Part shown: positions 1 to 7,224 of the stretch, piece after piece | Position numbering within the stretch: position 1 is the first letter of the stretch | Layout: each line of letters begins with the position of its first letter | IMG/VR virus record: IMGVR_UViG_3300030117_006441 | Coordinates: 1 to 54,287 of that record | Strand: one strand, 5' to 3' | DNA length: 54,287 bases | Origin: a virus | Taxonomy: Duplodnaviria; Caudoviricetes | Notes under the pieces: model-generated | Databases searched by the model: none | Told to the model about the DNA's origin: nothing | The model's input: only the letters and a program-made list of their open reading frames with translations | Translations under genes and position numbers: made by a program

Positions 1-2
1 CA

Positions 3-59
3 TATAGAGTATTAGTATTACCTTCAGCTGCTGTAGATTCTATTATAGCAGGTATGTAG
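3..59 (+). CDS. 3' fragment of a gene cut by the window edge (…YRVLVLPSAAVDSIIAGM*)
   Basis: Open frame ending in TAG at 57-59, directly before the repeated hairpin. Confidence 0.45.
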   Translation, partial: YRVLVLPSAAVDSIIAGM

Positions 60-65
60 TAAATG

Positions 66-113
66 TTTGGGGGCTGTGACTGCGGAGAGCTTCCCCTCCC
101 TGTAGTCGCAGTT
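66..113 (+). repeat. 48-bp direct repeat, copy 1 (identical to 54240-54287)
   Basis: Exact match TTTGGGGGCTGTGACTGCGGAGAGCTTCCCCTCCCTGTAGTCGCAGTT at both window ends; upstream flanks differ. Confidence 0.95.
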
Positions 114-119
114 CCTAAA
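66..119 (+). promoter_or_regulatory. Long RNA hairpin (20-bp stem with 6 G-U pairs); terminator or processing site
   Basis: 66-85 pairs with 100-119; every non-Watson-Crick position is G-U on the + strand. Confidence 0.7.
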
Positions 120-133
120 TTTAACAATAACAA

Positions 134-164
134 TCTCATTCACGGGCAGTCATACCCTTAGAGA
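134..164 (+). promoter_or_regulatory. Leader RNA motif, copy 1 (P1-RTTCAC-P2-TTA-P1') abutting the RBS
   Basis: TCTC-ATTCAC-[14-nt hairpin]-TTA-GAGA, then GGAAGG; same geometry at 1786-1816. Confidence 0.6.
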
Positions 165-175
165 GGAAGGAATAA

Positions 176-838
176 ATGACATTTGAAGAACAAATAGAAA
201 GTTTAACAGGATTAACTGTAAGTAGTTCAGGGACTACACCAACCCAAGGTGAAGTATCTCAATTTTTAACAGATGGTATAAGAGACGTAATTAATAAATT
301 AATTGAAATTTCTCCAAGTGAAACTCCTAAGTTTACATCAACTTCGCATGATAGTGGTAATAATGGAATTACAATTGAAGGAAAAACTTTATCAGTTGTA
401 CGAGAACATGACAGTACGACTGTATTAAGACCATGTACATTAATATCATCTCAAGACAGATATGTTGCTACTGATGTTGATAGTCTTAGCTACAGATCTA
501 AATTTAACCCAGGATACTATGTTTTAGATGGAAAAATTTATTCAGTTCCTGCATCTTCTGCGGGTAATAATGATTTAATAGTTACTCAAGTAACATATCC
601 AACAGCTTTATTTAGTGATTCTTCAATCAATAATTTTCCAGATGAATTTGAATATTTGGTAGTAGTATATGCAGCAATGAAATCATTAGAATCTAAAATG
701 GCAGAGTATACAATAGATGAAGAAGATAGTGAATTAGCTCAGGCTATAGGATTAAATATTGCAGCATTAGGAAAACAATATAATGAAGCTTTATTAGTAA
801 AAACAGATAAACAACCTCAAAATGCAGGAGGTCAATAA
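176..838 (+). CDS. Head-tail adaptor / tail ring protein
   Basis: Follows the capsid genes in circular order; N-terminal FLTDGIRDVI helix and C-terminal FPDEFEYLVVVYAA pattern typical of podovirus adaptor/ring proteins. Confidence 0.55.
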   Translation: MTFEEQIESLTGLTVSSSGTTPTQGEVSQFLTDGIRDVINKLIEISPSETPKFTSTSHDSGNNGITIEGKTLSVVREHDSTTVLRPCTLISSQDRYVATDVDSLSYRSKFNPGYYVLDGKIYSVPASSAGNNDLIVTQVTYPTALFSDSSINNFPDEFEYLVVVYAAMKSLESKMAEYTIDEEDSELAQAIGLNIAALGKQYNEALLVKTDKQPQNAGGQ

Positions 839-1119
839 TGACAGTAAAACAAATTATGGAAAGAATTGGTATTACAGAAACAGGAAGAGCGATAGCTTAT
901 ATTAAAGATGCTTTAGAAGAAATTAATGTAAGGTCTGAAACACATGTTACAACTTCAAAAATAAGTTTAGCTAAAGATCAAAGATTATATGACATACCTA
1001 ATCATGTTATTCAAATTAAAGATATAAGAGTAAAAAATCATTTAAACTCTAAAGATGAATATAGATCTATTCCTAGATTAATACATAAACCTTTAATTAA
1101 AGATGCGGATGGAGTATAA
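838..1119 (+). CDS. Virion protein resembling the N-terminal half of an adaptor/ring protein
   Basis: YIKDALEEI…LAKDQRLYDIP pattern; TAATG coupling to the upstream gene. Confidence 0.5.
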   Translation: MTVKQIMERIGITETGRAIAYIKDALEEINVRSETHVTTSKISLAKDQRLYDIPNHVIQIKDIRVKNHLNSKDEYRSIPRLIHKPLIKDADGV

Positions 1120-1121
1120 TT

Positions 1122-1772
1122 ATGGCAGAAGTTAAAGAGTATGGATATTATATAGAAGGCAATAAAATTGCTATTGTTCAAAAAGATATTTCATTTGATA
1201 ATGATATAAATTCAAGAAATTATGGTCCAGATTCAGATAGAATATTATGGAAATCTCCATTAGAAAGTATTACTGATGGTATTGAAATACAATATAGTTA
1301 TGTTCCTGAATATAGAATTAATGATGCAAGCGATACTCAGGCTATTACTGGATATGATGAAGATGGAACAGGTTTATTAAAATTAACAGGAAGTACATTA
1401 TCTACTGATTCTTCTATTACTCATATAGTAGTAGAAGGATTAGATAATTTTAATGGTTTACATAAAATAAAAACATTAAATGCAAGCTATTATATATTAG
1501 AAACAAAATATAGTGGTGCAGCTGTAACTAATGCTGGCACAATGTCAATAGATGTATCTGTTTTGCAAGATGAATCATTTGAAATAGATTTACCAACATA
1601 TTTACAAAAAGCATTAATTTATTACATAAAATCTAAATTCTTTGAGGATTTAGGTGATTTAGAAAAAAGAGAATATTTTGAAACTTTGTTTTTAGAACAA
1701 GTAGAAAGACATAATAATGCAAAAATCCCAGGATTTAGAGTTATGTCTGCAGGTTCTAATGCAATACGATAA
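1122..1772 (+). CDS. Virion protein resembling the C-terminal half of an adaptor/ring protein with an inserted beta domain
   Basis: IQYSYVP and EIDLPTYLQKALIYYI patterns. Confidence 0.5.
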   Translation: MAEVKEYGYYIEGNKIAIVQKDISFDNDINSRNYGPDSDRILWKSPLESITDGIEIQYSYVPEYRINDASDTQAITGYDEDGTGLLKLTGSTLSTDSSITHIVVEGLDNFNGLHKIKTLNASYYILETKYSGAAVTNAGTMSIDVSVLQDESFEIDLPTYLQKALIYYIKSKFFEDLGDLEKREYFETLFLEQVERHNNAKIPGFRVMSAGSNAIR

Positions 1773-1785
1773 CAATAACAAACAA

Positions 1786-1816
1786 ACCCGTTCACGCACT
1801 TGCCAGTGCTTAGGGT
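1786..1816 (+). promoter_or_regulatory. Leader RNA motif, copy 2
   Basis: ACCC-GTTCAC-GCACT(TGCC)AGTGC-TTA-GGGT followed by AGGAGG; compensatory changes relative to 134-164. Confidence 0.6.
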
Positions 1817-1827
1817 AGGAGGAAAAT

Positions 1828-2160
1828 ATGGCAAACAAATATACAGTACAAGAATCAAATAACTTAGCTATTGGACAAACACATTCAATGCATTTAAATG
1901 TGGGTGCTGTAGCAATGACACCACCATCTAATACAGTTTTTATAGCTATTCATATTCTTAATGATACTAGATTCACAGCATTAGTAGCTGAAGATCCTAA
2001 TACTTGTATTGGTACTACTGGAACTGATAATAGCCACGCTGGAGGAACAGGAGATGTTGTTGCTGATGCTAGTGTATTTCCAGCTGGAACTATAATATAT
2101 GGTAGATGGACTTCAATAACATTAACTAGTGGATTAATAAATGCATATTGCGGTGGTTAA
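1828..2160 (+). CDS. Small virion structural protein
   Basis: Strong RBS; G/T/A-rich beta-type sequence within the structural module. Confidence 0.5.
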   Translation: MANKYTVQESNNLAIGQTHSMHLNVGAVAMTPPSNTVFIAIHILNDTRFTALVAEDPNTCIGTTGTDNSHAGGTGDVVADASVFPAGTIIYGRWTSITLTSGLINAYCGG

Positions 2161-3044
2161 TTATGAAATCAACATTAGCTACAGTTAATTTAAAAAGAAG
2201 GTTATGGCAATCTGGACAACATGTTCAAATCCATACTGGAACAGGTATAGCTGCTCAAGCAGCAACTACTTCAGCATTTAATGAGTGGAGTAGCTATACA
2301 ATTGCTGTAACATTTAATTATGGTATTTCAAACACAGCTTTTGCTACGAATAATCAAACTACCTTTTCAATTATGGAAAGTAATGGAGGTGATCAATTTG
2401 CAGGAAATCAAAGTGGATTTAGTAGTGTAATATATGCAGCTCAGATTTATGGTTTGTATGCTGATGGAGGAACTGTAAATATGCAAAGTTTTTCTTTAGG
2501 CGATGCTCATAATGGTGTGTTTAATAGTGGAAAACAAACTAATCCTGTGATGACTCATATTTGGAGAGCAGATTGTACTGAGACAATTAACAATATTTCT
2601 TTTACTCAAATGAATGATGCAGGTGTTGAAGCTAGTGCTCCAACAACTAGATTTGTAAAAACAACTAAAAGTCTTGATTTTACTAACAATCATTGGGGTT
2701 CTATTGGAACAGGAGGATATATTACGATAGCTGGCTGGAAAGGTAATGCATCAGCAAGTCTTGGATCTCATATGGATGCTGAGTATGGAATTATAAGAGT
2801 TCAAGTATGGAAAAATACTATTTTAACAGATGATCAGTGTAAAAATACTATAGGAGGTGCTACAGGAATTACTAGTTTAATAAATTATAATGATAGTACC
2901 TATTCTTATCCGCAACCTAATCATGAATGGATACCTGAACTAGGAAATGAAGATACTATTTCAGACACAGGCAGCGATACAGCTGTTAATTTAACCTATA
3001 TAGGAAGCCCTGATATTGGATATTTTAGATATGGAGAACAATAA
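2148..3044 (+). CDS. Putative LamG/concanavalin-like virion adhesion protein (start possibly 2163)
   Basis: Beta-rich; C-terminal GIIRVQVWKNTILTDDQ resembles the LamG motif. Confidence 0.45.
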   Translation: MRWLIMKSTLATVNLKRRLWQSGQHVQIHTGTGIAAQAATTSAFNEWSSYTIAVTFNYGISNTAFATNNQTTFSIMESNGGDQFAGNQSGFSSVIYAAQIYGLYADGGTVNMQSFSLGDAHNGVFNSGKQTNPVMTHIWRADCTETINNISFTQMNDAGVEASAPTTRFVKTTKSLDFTNNHWGSIGTGGYITIAGWKGNASASLGSHMDAEYGIIRVQVWKNTILTDDQCKNTIGGATGITSLINYNDSTYSYPQPNHEWIPELGNEDTISDTGSDTAVNLTYIGSPDIGYFRYGEQ

Positions 3045-3274
3045 TGAGATATTATATGATACTAGAAAGCAATGATGTTACAGAAGAAATGAAAAATAAT
3101 AGTCTTATTTGCATGACTAGTCAAGATGAAAATAAAAAATATACTATATTAGCATATAAAGGTGTAAAACCTGCTTGTTTTAATAGCTTTGATGCAATGT
3201 TAGCACCAGAACTTAAAGAAATTATGTTTAATGAAGATAATGAAAATATTTGGTATAATATACCACCTGAATAG
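3044..3274 (+). CDS. Hypothetical protein (possible fibre-associated or chaperone)
   Basis: ORF track; TAATG coupling. Confidence 0.5.
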   Translation: MRYYMILESNDVTEEMKNNSLICMTSQDENKKYTILAYKGVKPACFNSFDAMLAPELKEIMFNEDNENIWYNIPPE

Positions 3275-3289
3275 ACATAAGGAGTATTA

Positions 3290-3460
3290 ATGAAAAAAAC
3301 AGAAGAGAAAAAGGAAGCTCAAGAAAAAATTACAATAGATTCTAGGTTAGAATCATTGAAAAATCAACAAAAGGAATTGGGTCGTCTATTTGATAAGATT
3401 CAAGGAGCAATAGAAGTTCTTGAGGAAATAAAAAGAGAAGACAATGAAAAAACAGATTAG
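3290..3460 (+). CDS. Small coiled-coil protein (56 aa)
   Basis: Read manually; AAGGAG RBS; MKKTEEKKEAQ…IQGAIEVLEEIK. Confidence 0.6.
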   Translation: MKKTEEKKEAQEKITIDSRLESLKNQQKELGRLFDKIQGAIEVLEEIKREDNEKTD

Positions 3461-3890
3461 GGAAATTATTGAATGGAGTCTAAAGGAAATGGATCTCTAT
3501 TCAGAAGACGCAGTAGACTTAGTCTACAAAACAGGGAATGCTGAGACAGGATATAGGCATTTAAAACAAATGGGAGGTGGTCCAGCAATTGGGTTCTGGC
3601 AAGTAGAACCTGCAACGCTTATTGACATTATAGACAATTACGTGAAATATCGTCCTAAGCTCGAAAAACGCCTCAAATCGTTAGGTTTTGATAAAAGGGA
3701 TATGGAAGTAAGGGTAATGAGTAATTTGGCCTTACAAGCAGCATTTTGTCGCTTAAAATATAGAAGAGACAAATATCCACTACCAAAAGCTGGTGATTTA
3801 AAAGCTCAAGCTGAATGTTGGAAACGAGTATATAATACTCACCTTGGTAAAGGAACTATAAAACATTTTATGGAGGCTAATGATGAATGA
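3444..3890 (+). CDS. Putative endolysin, lysozyme-like fold
   Basis: AETG…LKQMGGGPAIGFWQVEPAT…WKRVYNT motifs of phage lysozyme-like proteins. Confidence 0.6.
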   Translation: MKKQIREIIEWSLKEMDLYSEDAVDLVYKTGNAETGYRHLKQMGGGPAIGFWQVEPATLIDIIDNYVKYRPKLEKRLKSLGFDKRDMEVRVMSNLALQAAFCRLKYRRDKYPLPKAGDLKAQAECWKRVYNTHLGKGTIKHFMEANDE

Positions 3891-4650
3891 TATTGTAAAA
3901 ACAGCAATAGTAACACCAGATAAACATTTTCCTATACATGACAAAAAAGCTATTAGTGTAGTTTGTCAAGCAATAGAAATTGTTAAACCAAATGCTTATA
4001 TTGATTTAGGTGATACTGGTGAATGGGAATATTTTAGTACTCACTACTGGAAAGGTAGAAATGCTAAACCTATGGAAGATTTAATTCCATTGCTAGATAA
4101 AGATGTAAAAGCAGTTAATAAAGGTATGGATATAATTGATAAATCTTTAGATAAAGTTAAATGTAAAGAAAGACATTTTGTTCAAGGTAATCATGAAGTA
4201 TGGTTAGATAAATTTGTTACTAGGTATCCTTACTTAGATCGTTACATGACTTATAATGCTTTAAAATTAAAAGAAAGAGGCTATGAGTTTCATCCTTATA
4301 ATAAAAAGGATAATTTAAAAATAGGTAAGTTAAATTTTACTCATGGAAAGTTTACTTCTAAATATCACTCATTTAAACATTTAGATGTTTATGGCGAAAG
4401 TATTATGTATGGTCATACACATGATTTACAAAGACATACTAAAACAAATAGAGGTGGTACAATTAGTGCTTGGAGTTTAGGATGTTTAAAAGATATAGAA
4501 GCTGATGAAGATTGGCTTGGTGGTAGATTGACTAATTGGAATCACGCATTTGCTATAGTTAATTTTTTTAAAAATGGCAATTTTAATGTAGAAGTTGTAG
4601 AAATTATTAACGGAAAGACAACTTTATGGGGTAATCTCATAAAGGGATAA
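3880..4650 (+). CDS. Calcineurin-like metallophosphoesterase
   Basis: PDKH, LGD, GNHE, THG and GHTH motifs. Confidence 0.85.
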   Translation: MMNDIVKTAIVTPDKHFPIHDKKAISVVCQAIEIVKPNAYIDLGDTGEWEYFSTHYWKGRNAKPMEDLIPLLDKDVKAVNKGMDIIDKSLDKVKCKERHFVQGNHEVWLDKFVTRYPYLDRYMTYNALKLKERGYEFHPYNKKDNLKIGKLNFTHGKFTSKYHSFKHLDVYGESIMYGHTHDLQRHTKTNRGGTISAWSLGCLKDIEADEDWLGGRLTNWNHAFAIVNFFKNGNFNVEVVEIINGKTTLWGNLIKG

Positions 4651-4663
4651 TTTATGGAGAATA

Positions 4664-5023
4664 ATGGAACAAGAAGTTATAGAAAATTTAATAGGCGAAT
4701 ATGGCTGGATGGCTGCAGTTGCATTCTTGTTCTTAATAGGACGTAATACAATTGAATCTCTAATTGAAGCCATTAAGGTTTTCGCTGGAGATGATTTAAA
4801 TACAGATGATGTAATTATTTTTGATGGAAGACCTGCTCGAGTTGTTCGAGTAGGGTTATGGAAAACAATACTTTTTGTATACGAAGTCGGATGTGCTAAT
4901 GGTAAGGCAATAGTTAAAGGTGGAAATAAAGTCGCTATACAAAATGATAAACTAAAGGACCATTTAATAGAAAAGCCTTTACCAATGCTGGACTTAAAAA
5001 AATGGGATGACTGTGAGGATTAA
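4664..5023 (+). CDS. Membrane protein with an MscS-like beta domain (lysis region)
   Basis: N-terminal hydrophobic helix, then DDVIIFDGRPARVVRVGL. Confidence 0.45.
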   Translation: MEQEVIENLIGEYGWMAAVAFLFLIGRNTIESLIEAIKVFAGDDLNTDDVIIFDGRPARVVRVGLWKTILFVYEVGCANGKAIVKGGNKVAIQNDKLKDHLIEKPLPMLDLKKWDDCED

Positions 5024-5203
5024 ATGCAGGATACATTAAAAATTTTAAGTAATTATCCTGAACTAGGAATAACAAGTAGTGTGGGTTCAGGTATAATACA
5101 TTGGTTAGGAGTTTTAAATCCTATATTAAGTTTTATATCGCTTATTATAGGTATAAGTATAGGATTAATGACGATATATACAAAAATAAAAGGAGTAAAA
5201 TAA
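5024..5203 (+). CDS. Putative holin (59 aa, hydrophobic core, basic C-terminus)
   Basis: Read manually: …IIHWLGVLNPILSFISLIIGISIGLMTIYTKIKGVK*; coupled to both neighbours. Confidence 0.5.
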   Translation: MQDTLKILSNYPELGITSSVGSGIIHWLGVLNPILSFISLIIGISIGLMTIYTKIKGVK

Positions 5204-5940
5204 TGTCAAGTACAATAGGCAGCGCTACATTGACAGTTAAAGTAACTGAATCAATTAGTTTAAATGGAAGTGAACAAGGTGCAACTAATACTATGACAAT
5301 TAGTAGTGTAAATGAAATTTCAAAAAGAATAGTTAGTGTTCCTCAGTCAGAAGTAACATTATTAAATTTTTCAACTGCCGTTGCTAATGATACTTTTGTA
5401 GAAGGAGATGTAAGATACATTAGAATTAGTAACAAAGATGATGCTAATTTTGTATATTTAGTATTTACAAATGAATATAATAATGAATTTTGTGTTAAGT
5501 TAGACTATGGTCAATCTTTTATTTATAACGCTGATAGAAATAGTGGAGTAATTGATACTATGCTTGCTAATCAAGTAGCTTTGGGATTTACTGAAAGTAC
5601 TGGTGATACAGGTGATGATGATGATATTGAAAATATAACAGCTACTAATAAAATTATACCTGGACTAAGATATGCTCATGATGCTACTACTGTTCCAGCA
5701 GGAACAAGCGTAGGAAGTGTTACATCTGAATCATCTCCTGTAAATGGATATAGAGTAACAGCTCATACATTAGTTACTAGAGATGCAACAACAGGAGCTG
5801 AATCTGTTTCTAATACATCTGGAGGAGCAGATACTGATGGAACAGCTACATATAGCGCAGGATTTGGAGACTTAACAGCAATAACCGCAGAAGCAGACTC
5901 AGGTGTAGTAGATCTTGAAGTCTTTGTAGCTTCTGTTTAA
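5203..5940 (+). CDS. Virion structural protein, paralog of 5953-6423 (true start 5203 rather than 5101)
   Basis: AAGGAG RBS before ATG 5203; N-terminus MSSTIGSATL matches the paralog. Confidence 0.7.
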   Translation: MSSTIGSATLTVKVTESISLNGSEQGATNTMTISSVNEISKRIVSVPQSEVTLLNFSTAVANDTFVEGDVRYIRISNKDDANFVYLVFTNEYNNEFCVKLDYGQSFIYNADRNSGVIDTMLANQVALGFTESTGDTGDDDDIENITATNKIIPGLRYAHDATTVPAGTSVGSVTSESSPVNGYRVTAHTLVTRDATTGAESVSNTSGGADTDGTATYSAGFGDLTAITAEADSGVVDLEVFVASV

Positions 5941-5952
5941 TTAGGAGAAAAA

Positions 5953-6423
5953 ATGAGTTCAACAATAAGTAGTGCAACTTTAACAATAAAATTAACTGAA
6001 AGCATTTCTTTAAATGGTTCAGATCAAGGTGCAACTAACACATTAACTATTGGAAGTATTAACGAAATATATAAAAGAATAGTTACTGTGCCTACATCTG
6101 AAGTTACATTAATTGAAATGAGTACTGCAGTAGCAAATGGTACTTTTGTAGAATCTGATGTTAGATATATTAGAATAACTAATAAAGATGATCAAAATCA
6201 TGTTTCTTTAACATTTAAAAATGAAGATAATGATGAAATGGGTATTAAGCTTGATAAAGGTCAATCTTTTATCTATAATGCAGATCTAGCAGGAGGTGTA
6301 GTAGATACATTTGATGCAAATGCTGGAGCAGTTACTCCAGGAACACATGCAGATTTAGTTAATATAACAGCTCTTGCTAACACAGCTGCTGTAGATGTTG
6401 AAGTATTTGTTGCATGCGTATAA
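5953..6423 (+). CDS. Virion structural protein, paralog of 5203-5940
   Basis: Near-identical blocks (TESISLNGSxQGATN, FVExDVRYIRI, GQSFIYNAD, DxEVFVAxV). Confidence 0.7.
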   Translation: MSSTISSATLTIKLTESISLNGSDQGATNTLTIGSINEIYKRIVTVPTSEVTLIEMSTAVANGTFVESDVRYIRITNKDDQNHVSLTFKNEDNDEMGIKLDKGQSFIYNADLAGGVVDTFDANAGAVTPGTHADLVNITALANTAAVDVEVFVACV

Positions 6424-6445
6424 TTAATAAATAAAGGAGAATAAA

Positions 6446-6577
6446 ATGCCAAACGTCGGTGGAAAGAAGTTTTCTTATACTAAAAAAGGTAAGATGGCTG
6501 CTAAAAAGTATGCTAAAAAAACAGGTAAGAAAATGAAAAAAACAGGTTATAACATAACCAAAAATATAGGTTACTAA
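6446..6577 (+). CDS. Small Lys-rich protein (43 aa)
   Basis: Read manually; AAGGAG RBS; MPNVGGKKFSYTKKGKMAAKKYAKK. Confidence 0.65.
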   Translation: MPNVGGKKFSYTKKGKMAAKKYAKKTGKKMKKTGYNITKNIGY

Positions 6578-6708
6578 TGTATTATATCTTAGGCATATTA
6601 TATTTTGTTCTAGGATTTTCGTTAGTATTTGGAATAGGTGTGTATTTTTTATTTGATAATTTTTTTGATTTTTATCTTGATGACATTGGAGAAGGAGAAG
6701 ATTGGTAA
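6577..6708 (+). CDS. Small membrane protein (43 aa)
   Basis: Read manually; hydrophobic N-terminus, acidic tail; TAATG coupling at both ends. Confidence 0.55.
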   Translation: MYYILGILYFVLGFSLVFGIGVYFLFDNFFDFYLDDIGEGEDW

Positions 6709-6923
6709 TGTTATTAAAAAAAGCAGTATTAAAATTATTAGTTAATCAAACTATTAAAGCAATTGAAAAAGTTTCAGATAAAAAGATTGCTCGTGATCAT
6801 CATGATAGAATTAAAGAACTAGAAAATGAAGTAAAAGAGTTAAAAAAAGATTCTCATCCTCCACAAGAATATGTATGTTGTAAAAATTGTGGATGTAGAA
6901 TAAGTAAAATAAAAAACAAATAA
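6708..6923 (+). CDS. Hypothetical coiled-coil protein with C-terminal Cys cluster
   Basis: ORF track (ATG at 6708); CCKNCGC. Confidence 0.55.
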   Translation: MLLKKAVLKLLVNQTIKAIEKVSDKKIARDHHDRIKELENEVKELKKDSHPPQEYVCCKNCGCRISKIKNK

Positions 6924-6933
6924 AGGAGAAACA

Positions 6934-7083
6934 ATGATGTCATTTATTACAAGTAACTGGGAATATGTATTACTAGCTTTATATGTAGTGGAAAAAGTAG
7001 TAAAACTTAGCCCTTCTAAAAAAGATGATGTAATATGGGATATGGTTTTAAAACCTATTGTTGATAAAATAAAATCTAAATAA
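6934..7083 (+). CDS. Small holin-like protein (49 aa)
   Basis: Read manually; AAGGAG RBS; hydrophobic segment followed by LSPSKKDD. Confidence 0.5.
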   Translation: MMSFITSNWEYVLLALYVVEKVVKLSPSKKDDVIWDMVLKPIVDKIKSK

Positions 7084-7092
7084 GGAGAGATT

Positions 7093-7221
7093 ATGTCTTT
7101 AGTTAGGAATATAAATAAAAGAAAAAAAGCAGGTACTAGTCGTTCTAAAAAAAATACAACTATCTCCAAAAAAGCTTATGCTAATATGAAAAAAAACTGG
7201 GGAAAGAAAAAGAAAAAATAG
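7093..7221 (+). CDS. Small highly basic protein (42 aa)
   Basis: Read manually; AAGGAG RBS; MSLVRNINKRKKAGTSRSKK. Confidence 0.65.
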   Translation: MSLVRNINKRKKAGTSRSKKNTTISKKAYANMKKNWGKKKKK

Positions 7222-7224
7222 AAT

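Noticed and set aside
5101-5202. N-terminal extension of the 279-aa ORF in the track
   Set aside because: It overlaps a better holin-like ORF (5024-5203); the RBS and paralog alignment place the start at 5203
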